Assembly (NCBI RefSeq): GCF_026210795.1
Contig: NC_089431.1
Span: 4,216,001 to 4,280,000 of the forward strand
Length of the DNA: 64,000 bases
Source: Rhizophagus irregularis
Lineage: Eukaryota
Reading direction: 5' to 3'
Of this stretch, positions 37,251 through 52,171 are shown one piece after another. Numbering within the stretch: position 1 is the stretch's first letter; the number at the start of each line of letters is the position of its first letter. A model generated the notes under the pieces. The model did no database searches and had not been told where the DNA came from. It saw only the letters and a list, made by a program, of their open reading frames with translations. Both the position numbers and the translations under genes were made by a program.

Positions 37251-40193
37251 TTGAGTCTAACTTTTCCAAAATTGAATTTATAAATAAATTTTATTAATTT
37301 GTTAAACAGTTATACTAAAAAAAATACAGTTATGAACTTTGAAAAAGATTTTAAATGTAATATTTTCTTTTTTGTTGCCTTACTTCCTTACCAAACTTAC
37401 GTATTTTGTATCTTCATCTTCTTAAGTTGCGTATTTGAGTAGTGTACCTGGGCAATCACAAGTTTATGAGGAAAAATTAAAACATAAAAGGATTAGTATG
37501 GTGGCAAAACATATAAACCCTATGAGAAAGTACTATCACGCAAGAGAGCAAAGTGCATAGAGGTACCTCATACGGTCACAAGCTATAGCTGTACATTAAA
37601 GATCTAAATCTAATAATTACAAATGAAATATTTGCTCTAAAAAACTATAAAATCTCATACAATCACTCTAAAAAAACTATAAATGAATAAAAATAAATCT
37701 AAATCTAATACATAAATAATAAAATATTTTCACTAGAAACAATAAATAAATGAAATCTACAATAAAAACTATAATAATAAATAAGTCTAAATACAATAAA
37801 TGAATGAAATCTATAGTAAACAATATATAAAAATAACTACTGAACACTTGCCACATTGTTCATCACTAAAACAACTATAGAACCTCAGTTTCTCTCAGGC
37901 TACAGCTGGTCATTAGCGAAATATAATTTCGCCTAGTAAAAAGAGCCATGTACACGTGAATTCCTTTCTCTTGTAAGAACATAAATGATACTTACCACAA
38001 TGACCAAATCAAAATTACAAGACACTGTGAGTTAAGCCCGCCCTAAGCTTTAGATCATAAGTCTTCCCCGAAGTGAGACAGAAGGACGTATTAATACGAC
38101 AAAACAAAACAAAAGTTAAAGTTAAAATAAATAAAATAAGAATTTTATTAGGAACTTTTTAAAAGAGAGAAGGAATAAATACTGCGAAGTGGAATGAAAA
38201 ATATAAGTTTATTGGCAAAAGTGAAGAAAAGGAACGAAAGAGTAAGAGAATAAATGTGCGAGTTTAAAATTTCTGGAGTGGCTTTTTATATAAATTTGTT
38301 AGTCAGAATGCAAAAATGATGTCATAATCAAACTAAATTGTGTCATGAAATAAAAGAGATGACTCATAATTAATAGTCTGGTTAATCTGATAATATTTTA
38401 GCTGATCAAGGTCCGCTTATAAGATTTTTAGTCGTGCTGTAGGTCACCGCGTGTCAGTATATATATTAAATATATATAAATAACGCCAGGGTGGTTACAA
38501 AAAAAAAATTTGTAAATCTTGAGACGCGATTTGTTATTCGCTGATGTCCCATAAATGGTTGGCTTATTTAGGTAATTTTATAAAATAAATAATTATTTAA
38601 ACACATAGTTCCATATTGAAATAATGTTATCAGGTTTGGCGTTCCAGAATTGTCAAAATTCAAATAAGGATTCATTTACTTTTACGCTTAATAAAGAATT
38701 GAGTTTGCATCACTTTAATCATCTTGATTTTCTTATCAATTCTCAATCTTATTATCGTAACTGCTTGATAGCTCTTCAAGGAACTTATCGAAAGAACCTA
38801 TTACAAGCGCGCCTAATGCTCAAGAACTCGGTGAACCTTCAACTCACTTATCATAAGGTGGTGTGTCTTCCTTTGTAACATGTTCTAATTGCTCTTGATG
38901 TCTTACATCTCAACATCTAAAAGTTTATCTCCATCAACCGCACTAATACATCATGATTTGCTATTGCTCACAGTCTTCTATAAGCTTTCTGCTCCGTCTT
39001 CTTTGATTTGTAATAACTAGGCATGATAATCTGATGAGCCGTTGAAGATCTATATATATTGTAGCCCGACTTGCATTAAAGTTAATTTCGAATTTTCATT
39101 TCCATTGCTTGTGTTAATAATCAAAGAATCGTCTAATTAATAAGTTTCATAACTAAGTTTCATCATCGTCTGTGGTTTAAGTATATTTTATCGGAAATAT
39201 CAAAAGACTTGTTTTAGGTTAGATTTATATTATAAATAAAATCAACAAAATTTATATTCGTTTTAAATGATATATAAATTTTAAATAAGGGTTTTCATCA
39301 AAAAAAAAAGAAAATATATTAATTGAACGAGTTACCAACAATTGACTAATTAGACTATACGTTATACGAACTACTGAGAGTAGCTCATCGTAAAAGATTT
39401 ATAATTAACTATAAATTTCGCAATCAAATAAGTACGGTGAGCTTTTTAAATTTCGATACTATTTTATCAAATAATTCAGATGAAAATTTTACCTTAGATG
39501 ATATTGACAATATGTTTATAACTGAAATATTATGTTGTCTAATATTCACAATTGGAACGATAATATATATTTAAGAAGTATGTTGTAATTTTATTATTTA
39601 TCGAAAAAAAAAATTAACGGCATGTTATACTGTAAATATTTACAAGATGATTTAAAATAACATACGTTAATTACGTTATGTTCCAAAATTTCAAATCGAA
39701 AAATCATTTAAATAAACATTTATAATAATTCGTTAACAATGTAAGAGGCCCTTATTCCGTATTTTTTATTCCATGTTATTTCTGTAAATGTATCGTATTC
39801 ACGGAATTTATAGCCTCGAAACATGGAAATTATTCAAGTTGCTTAGATTTTTAGTTATTTTACCATAAATGTATCATATTTACGGAGTTTTTACAGAAAT
39901 TATGGATAAAATTTTATTTATGAATTACTTGAAATGTATTTTGAAAAATATTTTTCTTTACGTAAAGCCAAGTGATTCGGTCACGTGACCAATGCACGGT
40001 ATGATAATTTTTTTTTGAAAATCGCATCTCTAATACGAGGGTCCATTTTTTTTTATAAAAACCGATCTCCCACAATTTTTCCAGTAAGCGTGTGGATTCG
40101 GTTAAAAATATCCTACCGAAAATCACTTTCGGATAGGCCGATTTGAGTAGTATTTAATCGGCAATATAGCGTCAAAGAAAATCGTTCTTATTC

Positions 40194-41201
40194 GCGTAAA
40201 CTCTTATACATAATTGTTATGTGACACCATGGTGGCTTAACAATCGCATGATAATTTCATTGATGTTAAAAATAAAATGGCTCAATTGGGGCATCTGCAG
40301 TTTTGTCTTTTTTTATTAATAAAGATACCCACTGATGAATCTAATCAGTAAAAAGCATGATCGTTGCCATAAGTACAAGTTTATATGGAGATATTAAATC
40401 TATTGGTGAACTTGGAAACAAAATTTTATTCGTATAATCTAAAAATCTGAAACTAACTTAACTAAGTACTCCTTTTGTACTCCATACGATAAAATTTATT
40501 TTATTTTATACAAAGGCAAACGCCAAGACTGATTAAAAAGGAAGTGGCCTTTTCATTTATAATTTATTAATATCATAATAACTCCGAAATTTTTCTAAAT
40601 ATACGTTATAATAAAGAATGCTCACATGTAATATTAAACAGACGATTTTCTTTGTCTTAGGATCTTATTTATTGAGAATTATCGACTATCATGTCATTTA
40701 TGCTTGTTTGTGTTTTGATTTCATGTGAAAGCATTAATTCTTGGCTGAAACTTAATCAGATAGAGGTTTACTCCATGGAAACAACATTAACTTCGTATCT
40801 TTATTGTTTGAGTTTATTATAAGGATCTTGGTTGTACAACTATTTCGTACAACCCGATGATTATACACATGACCCCAAAATATTTCTATTGCTATTTAGG
40901 GTAATCCGAATGTTAATGTCCTACATGTACCTTATACTCATATCCGCCATAAAACGCAAAAATTAGTTAATGTTTTTTTAAAAAAAAATTTTAAAGGCTT
41001 TTCGTGAATTCACCACTCATTATAGATTAGATTCATCAGTATCATTGACGAGTACCTAATAAGAAGACAAAACTGCAGATAACCCTTTTTTCCTCATCAT
41101 AATCGCAATTTAGCCATTTTATTGTTTAACATCAATGAATTATCATGCGATCGTAAACCGCTATGGCATCACATGGCATAAAAATTATATATTGAGTTAC
41201 G
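40194..41201. mobile_element. ~1-kb element with ~150-bp imperfect terminal inverted repeats (MULE-like)
   Basis: ATCGCATGATAATTTCATTGATGTTAAA..TAAAATGGCT, ATCTGCAGTTTTGTCTT and CTGATGAATCTAATC at 40243-40346 recur as reverse complements at 41025-41152. Confidence 0.7.
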
Positions 41202-41583
41202 TAACTTACGTTTTACGTAAAAAAAATATTTTACGAAATACATTTCAAGTAATTCATAAATCAACAATCGCACTCTTTTTTACATAAAATTAATAGGGAG
41301 TAAAAATTTACGCCCATGTTTATTTGTTTTTACGAATATTTTATTAGTGCATTATTTATATAAATAACGAGTCCTCAATCCATATTTTCAATCTTTTTAT
41401 TTTCTAAATAAACAATTTAATAGAAATTTCAAATTATTAAATTTTATCGAAAAATAAGTACGCTGTAGTTATATTTGTACAGACTTTTTACATTTTCAAA
41501 ATATTATCGTTTCTTTCGAGAAACTTACTCGTTAAGTTTTTATATATACGATTTCGTAATACAATTTTTTTTAAGTTTTAAAT

Positions 41584-42129
41584 ATGAACTCAAATTATTC
41601 AAATGATCAATTTTTTTGTTCTGATAATAACCTCTATCCTACAATTGGTTCACGTATGAATATTCCTCATGTGGATGTGCAGAATGCTAACATCCATTTA
41701 CCAAACCAATATTACGGCAATCCAGGAGTCTCGGTAAATTCTTCTATCGTACAAGACAATTCTGTCATTACTCAACTCGTTCATCCTATTAAATTTATTT
41801 ATCGGCCATCCAATGACTTTTATATTTATCACATCAAATGTAGAGAAATCTCTATTCAATTATTAAATGATTTTAGTAGTAACGTATCTAACATTAATTT
41901 CAATCAAAATGAATATATCTTTTATTATCAACAACAAAGCGATAATAGAATTTATCAAGTGGTCTGCGAAATAATTTCTCCATCTTTTATTGTTAATCTT
42001 TTAAATAAAACTATTTATGGAATTGAAATTGAACAAAATATTGGGGAAGAATTGACCTTCAAATTTGATCAAAAGGAAAATCTCAAATTTTATTTAACAC
42101 AATATTTAAATCGTTTTTTATTAAATTAA
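41584..42129 (+). CDS. Hypothetical protein, 181 aa, no recognised domain
   Basis: Uninterrupted ATG-TAA ORF in very AT-rich DNA. Internal two-fold pattern (FIYRPSNDFYIYHIKCREIS / FYYQQQSDNRIYQVVCEIIS). Confidence 0.7.
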   Translation: MNSNYSNDQFFCSDNNLYPTIGSRMNIPHVDVQNANIHLPNQYYGNPGVSVNSSIVQDNSVITQLVHPIKFIYRPSNDFYIYHIKCREISIQLLNDFSSNVSNINFNQNEYIFYYQQQSDNRIYQVVCEIISPSFIVNLLNKTIYGIEIEQNIGEELTFKFDQKENLKFYLTQYLNRFLLN

Positions 42130-44691
42130 TTTATACATAGTATTTTAAAATTAAATTATTTTATATTTTTATTATGATTATTTTAGCCCAAACATTAAGT
42201 TTAAAAATAGGTAAAAATAAGATTAATACTTTATCGCATTATCTATAAGTTTTTCTTATTTTATATGTATAAGTAGAAATTATTTTATATTATGATTATT
42301 AATTTATGGAATAAAAATGTTATGATGATTACTGATGGAATTTTATTATGAAATATCAAAATATAGGATAGTTATTAAGCATTTTATATGCCACTTTAAC
42401 GTTAAGGACTTAAGGGTCAATTCGGTAGTTTATTTAAGTTTACTCAACGTCCAACTTTATCTAATAAACCAACGTTATTTATGAGATCACACTGTACAGT
42501 TTTTACATTTATTAATTGATATATATAATAAATGAATTCCGACTTATCTACATATAAATCATTGCAAATGATTTAATATATACAAAAAACCAAGTCATTA
42601 AAATCATTAAATAAACTCATGGATGATTTTATTGTTGATCGTGAGAGTCTATAACTATATATAATAAAACACTTATCGTATAGGCCTTTAAGCTTGCTTT
42701 TTTCGATTTCAGCAATTTGAACGGCCAGATTGTGGCACTTACGTAGTATATAAAATATATGAAATACTTTGCCAGAGCTGGTTTCCTACGAAAAAAAAAA
42801 GAAAAAATTAAGTAAAATAAAATAATAAAAGTATATCTATTTATTTGGCCATTTTATTTGAATTTTTGATCTTCTCACTTTTATTGCTTGTTGAATTAAA
42901 ATATTTATTAACAGTCCGTCGCTTTAGATTTCTGTAAAAAAGCATAATTAATGAAATATTATTGTGACTTCAACAAGAAAGGATTTTTGAGGGGGAGCTG
43001 AAAAATTTCATTGATAGTCTACAATAGTAGTCATTATTATGAATCATATATTTAAATTGAATAAAAAACGCAAATTACTATGAATTTTATGAATTAAAAG
43101 TCCATAATAAATTTTATGAAATGAAATTTTATCTTCTAATAATAAACTATTTTAATTTTTTAATTTGACTATGGCAGATTTACAATTTCGTCGAATTAGA
43201 CATGAATCACCTCAAATTCGTAGGTAATGATATTTTCATACACATATATCATTCTATTTTTGTATTTATGATTAGTTTATAAAAGAAATCACATACTATA
43301 AGTTTTGTAACGCATAATAACTTTTTGTTTAGCCTAATAGCCTACTTTCTTGTAGCATTTTGAAAATGCGATTAATTTCAGCTGGGATTAAACAGAAAAT
43401 TTGGCTAGAATTAAAGTTTATACCGGACCTTAGAGCTTGGATAGTAATCATAGTAATAGTACTCGTGTAACTCAAGTTAGCTTGAGTCAAACTCGTACTA
43501 TTTTTTGACTCTCAACTCGGGTGCACGTGATCTGTAATGGCGCCACCATCCTACTTTTTCGCCGAATCTGATCGTACCATATAAATGCAAATTTTTAATT
43601 AAAAACTTTTTTTAATTTATATTTTGATATTATGTTTATTTAAATTATGTCTCTTTTTGTTCGATCAAAAGTTATATTCATTAAGAATCATTAATCCGGA
43701 ATACATTATTCCTAAATTCTAAAAATCCATTTTTTTTTTATTTAAGAACTTTTATTTAAAAAAATATTAGTGTTCAATAGAAAACTTCCTTTACTTCTAT
43801 CAAAAATATAATCTTCCTAAAACGGAATTCTCCACATTATTTCAATTACTCTTTATCTAATAAAACGAAAAAAAAATATTTATTTAAAAAACCTTTACTA
43901 TTTCAATCGTTCCCTTTATTATAAAAAATAAATCTTGATAAAGAAAAAATATCATTATACCAAATTATCTCTTTATTAACAAAACAAAATAGAAAACAAT
44001 CTTTGTTCTATCGATTTTCCGAGTTTAATAATACTCTATTAAAGATGTATGTACATAATTAAATAAAAATACACTCCCTTAATCATAGATTTCGGAATAT
44101 GTCAAAGATACCACATTAAAAAACTCGTTTTGCTAGTAAAATAAAATCAGAATGTTGTGTTTCTCCACTTTCACTTTCACTTTTCTGAATATATGAACGT
44201 GACCAAAGTCACGCGTACATGTGATTTTTAACGATGTTACAATACGGTGACGCAATGAATAAATATTTCTTTGATCTCTTTTAGAAATAAAATAAAATAA
44301 ATAAATATTTCTCCTTTGATTAGTGACTTCAGAATCTATATCAAAAATTTACATTTGCATACTGTAACACTTTGAATATCCACAGTTTATAAATAAGATT
44401 TCACCCTCATATACTATGCCCCTTGGATATTTGGATGTAAAATTTTCAATTTAACTTGGCGTCAAATGAATTGTTACTTTCCTTAAAAGATTTATTGAGC
44501 AATTATACAATATATATATGTGTGTATATACGTAAAATATTTTTATTTTGCTTTTCTAACAAGAATGGAATAACTTCCAACATAAATCATTTTTGATGTA
44601 AAAAAAAATTGATTTATTGATAATATAATATATTTCCATTATTGATGTCAAATAAAATACACTTTCTATAAACATTTTGATAATTTTAAAG

Positions 44692-46468
44692 CTAGATATC
44701 AAAATCATATTCCTGGGTAATATATTCTGGAAATATGAATTAAGAACGTTAGATTAGAATCTAATATTAAAAATTATTATAATATATAGTTACTTGCCAT
44801 TATTATTTAAAGAGTTTATATCAATATCTAATTCGATTTCTTTTGTAAAATAATCTAAAGAAAAAATATACGTAAATTTTAATAAATCAAGTTATAAAAT
44901 TGGTATATTATCAAAAAAAAAAAATTATTACCATCATTTTCATTTTCAAATAATTTTTTTCTTTTAATACTTTGACCTAAATATATTTTGGTTAATAAAT
45001 ATTGACATCCTAAATCTTATTACAAATTACATTGATATCATACCATCATCATTATTATCTTCAAACTTTCATTTGACTTTTTCTAAGTTAATAGATCGAC
45101 TTCTTAAACTCCTTAAAGACATTGCAGAATTAATCATGGCACTTAAAGGTCTACTCTTATAAATGGCACCAGGATTATTTTTTTGAACAGGTCCAATATC
45201 TGATGATTCTATAATTTTAGTTGGACTATTGAGACCTTCTTTCCGATACATTTCACAAATTCTACTATATATATCATCAGCTGTTGGTCTTTTATCCGGA
45301 TTAGAATCCCAACATTCTATCATTAATTCAGTAAATCCTTCGGGTGCATATGTGACAATTGGTGGTCGTAAACCATCAATTATATCAATAATTAGATATG
45401 TATCATGATTTCGATCCCAAAAAGGTCTTCTACCTGTCATAAACTCCCACATAATCATTCCAAAACTATATATATCTGAAGCTTTAGTATATTTTTGTCC
45501 TTGAAAAATCTCTGGTGCCATATAAGGAATAATACCATAATTCTCATTATTATCTGTAGATTCAGTTGCTGATTTACTTATTCCCAAATCGCCTATATGT
45601 GGATAAATAGGGTTTTCAAAAAAAATATTTCCACTATGCAAATCTCTGTGAATAATATCTAAATTGTGAATATTAATAAGTCCATTTGCGATATTTTTTA
45701 AATTGATCAGCTTACTAGCCCAATTAATGTTATAAAAATTATTACTTATATAACGTATTAAATCACCTTTACTATAATATGGCATAATAATCATAAAATC
45801 TTGTGTAATTAAGTCTTGAGTAATACCAAAATAATTACTAATATAATTATTTTTGGTCAGATAATGAGATACCTTTTCGCTGTTAAGTCTCCATTTTGTA
45901 TAATAATTATAAAATATCTTAAGCTAGGACAAAAAAGGCTATGTTATTAATTATCTAGTACGATTTATTGAATCATATTATTTTATGTTACCTCATTTAG
46001 CTCCTTAGACGTGATGTTTTTAGAATTATTTAGTTTTTTGAGAACAACTGTAAAACTAAGATTACTAATAGTGTTTTTCCGATAAAAGCCAATTAATCCA
46101 TCAATCCAAGTTGCTTTATAAATCTTGCTAAATCCTCCCTCAGCAATGAATTCTATATCTTTGAATTCATCATAGGGAACAAATTTCAGTTTTCCTTCTT
46201 TTTTGACAAGATTAATTTGTGTATATCTGATGAAATCATCAACAATTTTGTTTCCACTTGGTTTAAATGTTATTTTCATATTGTAGCAAATGCGACAAAT
46301 CTGGTGACTTTCATCTAAAGGTCTCCTTCTTTTATTACATTCATTACATTTTTCATATATCTTTCTTTTAACTTTTGGTTTAAGAATAGTCTCAGTCTGC
46401 TGACTTAGATATGTGTCATTTGAAATTAAAAAGTCAATTTTATATTTATAATTTGTTAATTGGTTCAT
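44692..46468 (-). CDS. Zn-ribbon/TKL-like protein kinase, copy 2; nonsense codon at 45071-45069 removes the micro-exon tail
   Basis: Exons 46468-45992 and 45923-~45045 carry complete kinase motifs. KVK*KFED here versus KVKRKFED in copy 4. Tail exons to EYITQEYDFDI* (44692) are still present. Confidence 0.9.
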
Positions 46469-46751
46469 AATTGTTTAATATCTATTAATTTATTTGTTTA
46501 TTTTTTTGAATATACTGTATTAAAACTTATGAGAACCGGCTCCTATATATATATACTTTTTTGTAATAAAAATAGGTTATTTATTAAACAATGAATTCTT
46601 TACAAAACTAAAAAAATTCTATGTATAATTCCCGATAGAAGTTTCTAATGTTTGAAACAAAATGGATCCTACATTGTTAAAAAAATTGATTTTTTTAATG
46701 CTTAATATGACTAAAATTAATTTCTATAAGGCATTTCGATTTTTATTCGTA

Positions 46752-46948
46752 CCCTATAAAAACGAAATGTGTTGAATTTGTTTTATATTTGTGCTCATGT
46801 GTAATAAATATCTAAAAAAGCACCATTTTATCCCGATTTATGTCTTATTATAAAAAAACAAAAATTAAATAAAATGGTGCTTTTTTAGACATTTATTACA
46901 CATGAGCACGAGTTTAAAATAAATTTAACACATTTTGTTTTTATAGGG
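46752..46948. mobile_element. Foldback MITE (197 bp, ~80-bp TIRs, TA TSD)
   Basis: CCCTATAAAAACGAAATGTGTT...GCACCATTTTAT is mirrored at 46869-46948, with TA on both sides. The empty site TTTTATTGTACGTTCC is seen in the paralogous region at ~59633-59648. Confidence 0.92.
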
Positions 46949-48002
46949 TACGTTCCATTGCAGAATTCTTAGAACTATCACAACGTGATTTGCATTGTGC
47001 AACGCAAAGTTTCACAAATCTACACAATATTAACATATCAAAAAATGAAAAATTGAGCAATAAAATATTAATACTAAGCAAATTCTTCCATAAAATACTT
47101 AATCTAAAGGATCTTTAGGGGTCGAATAATTTAAAATTTAGTTAAATAAATAGGAATGTTTATATTTGAGAAAATTTTTATTAAGGACCATATGATTAAT
47201 GATTTTCAAATTTAAAAATTTTGTGATTTTTTAACCTAGTGATATTTTTGAAATTTGAAAAGGATAAATTGATAAATAATTAAAAATTTTATTACATCCA
47301 ATTTAGCCTTTTCTTTTAATCAAAAAGGAATTGTAGATGTAATATCTAATGAATAACTAGTAATGTTTTAATCGTCAATTACACTTTACGCCTGAAGATT
47401 TTTTTTTTAAAAAAAAAATTAAACGTATTTTATACATGAAATAAAATAAAGATACATTAAAATTCTAAATATATTTAAAATTCTTTTTTATAACATAAAA
47501 ATTTTATAATATTTTAGTTGGAGAATTATTCTTATAAATTAATTGCATCAAGTCCTTAATTATTTCTTTTAATTTAATCGATAAAATTTAAGTAGGAATG
47601 ATAATGCAATTTACTCTATCATCAAAATATTTAATTTCTATCATTTTTTCAAATTATAAAATTTTTTTTTTCGATTTATAAATTAATTGATTTATGTTCA
47701 GTTTATCAAAAATATTATACTGTGAAAAAAAAAATTCAAATTATTGTTAATATTTGAAAATACTGTAATATAACATAATATTGTTGTACATAAAGAGAGA
47801 AAATTGGATTTCTATTTACTAGCACTAATAATATCGATTTTACTTTTTTTAAATACTAACTTTATTCTAAGACAGTATTTTACTGGGATTTTCCCGTATG
47901 AATATCGAAAATTTTCAAAGATTTATAGAACAAATGTTACGCCAAAGGAATCGTTAATAGTAAATGGAATATGTTAATGTGGTATTGGAAATACCAATAC
48001 GT

Positions 48003-48218
48003 TTTATCCAAAGCGAAGCGAAGGACTATATATGTTTATGAACGTTAATCACATATTTCACATATTGAATCACTTGGCGAAGTCCGTTTGTCCGCACGCG
48101 TCAGTCGCGTCACGTCACTGTAATTTGTGCTACATCGATAAACAAAAAAAAATATGAAAATAGATGTTATAATACAAAATTTTATCGCTCCGGACCCATA
48201 ACGGTTTCCGTTTCCTAG
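48003..48218 (+). mobile_element. Short Helitron/Helentron-like element, second copy
   Basis: 5' AAGCGAAGCGAAGGACT and 3' AACGGTTTCCGTTTCCTAG|T match the ends of 8007-8238. Confidence 0.55.
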
Positions 48219-49698
48219 TTTATTTAAATTCGTAGTAATATCAGAATCACTATAATGAAACGAAAAGGAACAAATGAAGAGAGATATTAAATTGATTATG
48301 TGATTCTGATGCAGACGGACCATTTTCTAAGTTCTATGAAAATTTTCAGTCATGTGAGTAGTATAAGACTAGTGTAAGCAAATCACATTGTAACTTAATC
48401 ACGTGTAATAAATTAACCATTGCGCCCATCTTTACTATGCAAGTCGTTAGCTTCTTCACTGTAAAATAAATTAATGAATTGATTTATTAATATATATAAG
48501 GTACGGTTGTTATATTTAACCCACAATACTTTCCTATTTTTATTTTAAAAAAAATTTGGATGATTATAAATATTATGTTATTGCAATTAAAGTCAGTAAT
48601 AATCCTTACACAAAAAATATTCAATTTTCATCAAAGCTTCTTCTTACATTACATTTATTACATTCTTTGCCATTTTTCTATTGAATTTTAAGTTTTTATT
48701 CCGCCGGTTCTTATAAAATATATCTCTCATTAAAATTCATTAAAATTTTTTTAAGAAATAAAATAATTCATTCGTTTGTAGTTTCAAGAAATTTTCTAGC
48801 ATTCAGATATGTGCTGTATATATCAATGTATTTTTTATGGGAAATCTAGGTGCTACATTAGGAGCAAAATAGATTAAATGTAGAATTTGTTTGATAAATG
48901 TGAACTTGATCAGTACTTGATTTATATATAAAATGATTTATATGTATATAAATGGTTCCAATCCCATAAGTTATGTGCCATTCTACAATCTTACCGTGTG
49001 ATTATCTGTTATATCTGAATGTCTTAATCATTTCAACAATAGACTTTGTGAAATAAATTAAATTATTGTTTCTATTATTATTGTTATTACACTATTTATC
49101 TCCTACTAGTAATCGAGATCTTTTTTGCTTGACGAAAAAAAATACTAGTATTGTCGAAATTTATAGTAATACAGAAAAATATCATTATGTAAATATAATT
49201 TAAATTTAATTACTTTGTAATATATTTTGAAAAAAAGAAAAAATTTCGTATGTAAATCGTCAAATATATGTACTATCTGGAATTTTTCACGTAATATTTA
49301 ATCTTAAAATATTGAATTAACTGAATTTAACTCTTAGAAATAATCTTTATTGTTCTTATTTTAAAATGATATTAAAATGAATGAAAATTAAAATTTTGTT
49401 CTCTATTTGCTTAAGACTTAAGATTAACTTTTTTTAAATTTTCTTTTTATTATATATATAATGTATACTCTCCTAATTGCACGCTCATAAATTCAATAAA
49501 TTCCAAGTTTGCAACGCCATGTTCTATATAGGAAGCATTCATCATTTAGATTTCTTAAGGAATAATTTACAATTTAATTTAGCGTCAAATGAATTGTTAC
49601 TTTCCTTAACATCATTTATTAAATGACGATAAATATGTATATGTAAGAATAAAATAAGTTAATTTTGTTTTTCTAACAAAGCGGAACACTCGTTCCAA

Positions 49699-50258
49699 TT
49701 AAAGGTTGGAACCGGGATTACAATCCCAGGGTGCGAGTAGTAGAGCGGAAGCTACACTAAACATAAGAGATAAGAATATTACGAAAACAAAGTATTTATT
49801 CGACTTCATCATCTTTATGTTATTATTGGGTTTATTAGGTTATAAAAATTTAGGCTTAGTCCGAAAAGTCTTAATCGGTTAACAACCGGTAACCAACCCT
49901 TTAACCGATTAATTAACCGGTTAAAACTCAATCCTAGTCAGCATTCAGGATTAGCATCAAATATATTTTTAATCCCGGACAAAATTAGGCCAGAACCAAA
50001 ACTCTAACTAATCATATCAGTTCGAAACGAAACTCTGGAAATTCAGGCCGAAATTATCTGGCCAGCACTATGAATTTCGGCCCGCATTATGAATTTTATA
50101 ACACAAAAAATTCCACGTGTGGCTTTCTTACCTTTATCCGCCGAAATCCCGTGATTTATAATTCTGGCCGGCACTGTAAATTTGGCCAGAAGTACAAAAT
50201 GTTTTCATTTTAACCGCCGCCGGCGGTTACAAATGTCTTAACCGGTTAACCGTTTTAA
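49699..50258. mobile_element. 560-bp insertion downstream of kinase copy 3
   Basis: Absent at the homologous sites (~44580, ~57480). Bounded by TTAAA..TTTAA with CAA(T) duplicated. Contains AACCGGTT and TGGCCAGCACT repeats. Confidence 0.7.
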
Positions 50259-50384
50259 CAATGTAAATCATTTTTCATATAAAAAAAAACTAGACTTTGA
50301 TAAAAAAAAATTAATTTATTGATAATATAATATATTTCCATTATTGATGATAAATAAAATACACTTTCTATAAACGTTTTAAAA

Positions 50385-52171
50385 TTAGATATCAAAATTA
50401 TATTCATTGGTAATATATTCTGTAAACATGAATTAAGAAAATTAGGTTAGAATTTAATATTAAAAAATTATTATAGTATATAATTATTTACCATTATTAT
50501 TTAAAGGTTTTATATCAATATCTAATTCGATTTCGTTTGTAAAATAATCTAAAGAAAAAATATACGTAAATTTTTAATAAATCAAGTTATGAAATTGGTA
50601 TATTATCACAAAAAAAAAAAAAATTATTACCATTATTTTCATTTTCAAATAATTTTTTTCTTTTAATACTTTGACCTAAATAAATTTTAGTTAAATAAAT
50701 ATTGACATCCTAAAATCTTTAGTATTATAAATTACATTGATATCATACCTTCATCATTATTATCTTCAAAATTTCTTTTGACTTTTTCTAAGTTAACAGA
50801 TTGACTTCTTAAACTTCTTAAAGACATTGCAGAATTAATCATGCCACTTAAAGGCCTACTCTTATAAATAGCACCTAAGTGATTAGTTGTTACAGGTCCA
50901 ATATCTGATGATTCTATAATTTCAGTTGGATTATTATATTCATAGAAACTTTTCCGTTCATTTTCATACATTTCACCAATTCTAATATATATATCATCGG
51001 CTGTTGGTCTTTTATCCGGATTAGAATCCCAACATTCTTTCATTAATTCAATAAATCCTTCGGGTGCATTTGTGACAATTGGTGGTCGTAAACCATCACT
51101 TATTTCAATAATTAGATATATATCATGATTTCGATCCCAAAAAGGTCTTCTACCTGTCATAAACTCCCACATAATCATTCCAAAACTATATATATCTGAA
51201 TCTTTAATATATTTTTTTCCTTGAAAAATCTCTGGTGCCATATAAGGAATAATACCATAATTCTCATTGTTATCTGTCGATTCAGTTGCAGATTTACTTA
51301 TTCCTAGATCACCTATATATGCACAAGAATCAAAAAAAATATTTCCACTATGCAAATCTCTGTGAATAATATCTAATCTGTGTATATTAACAAGTCCAAT
51401 TGCGATTGTTACTAAATTACTCAGCTTATCAAACCATTTAATGTTATAAAAATTATTACTTATATAACGTATTAAATCACCTTTACTATAATATGGCATA
51501 ATAATCATAAAATCTTGTGTCTTTAAGTCTTGAGTAATACCAAAATATTCACTAATATAATTATGCCGAGTTTTATAAGTGTCTTGAGATATCTTATCTC
51601 TTTTATACTTAACCCGATATTTTTCAAACTGTGTTTTCCATTTTGTATAATAATTATAAAAAATCTTAAGCTAGAACAAAAAAGGTTATGTTATTAATTA
51701 TCTACAATTTATTAAACCAAATTATTTTAAAATATTGTACTATTTTACCTCATTTAGCTCCTTAGACGTGATATTTTTAGAATTATTTAGTTTTTTGAGA
51801 ACAACTGTACGATTAAACCAAGTTGCTTTATATATTTTGCTAAATCCTCCCTCAGCAATAAATTCTATATTTTTGAATTGATTATAGGGAACAAACTTCA
51901 ATTTTCCTTCACTTCTGGCAAGATTAACTTGTGTATATCTAATGAAATCATCAATAATTTTGTTTCCACTCGGTATAAATCTTTTCTTCATTTTGTAACA
52001 AACGTGACAAATCTGGTGACTTTTGTCTAAAGGTTTCCTTCTTTTATTGCATTCATTGCATTCAATTTTTACGCACTTTGATTTGACTATGGTTTGCGTT
52101 GATTGAAATGAAGATGTGTCATTTGATATCAAAAAATCAATTTTATATTTATAATTTGTTAATTGGTTCAT
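50385..52171 (-). CDS. Zn-ribbon/TKL-like protein kinase, copy 3, apparently intact including tail micro-exons
   Basis: CNECNKRR..CHVC, IAEGGFSKIYKA, HRDLHSGN, DLG, YMAPE. Tail exons QSIKRKKLFENENN, DYFTNEIELDI and EYITNEYNFDI* (TAA 50387-50385). Confidence 0.9.

Noticed and set aside
37360..39170. Possible retroelement end and decayed gene (including ORF 38624-38878)
   Set aside because: Compositionally distinct, but no TSD, TIR or protein motif could be established.
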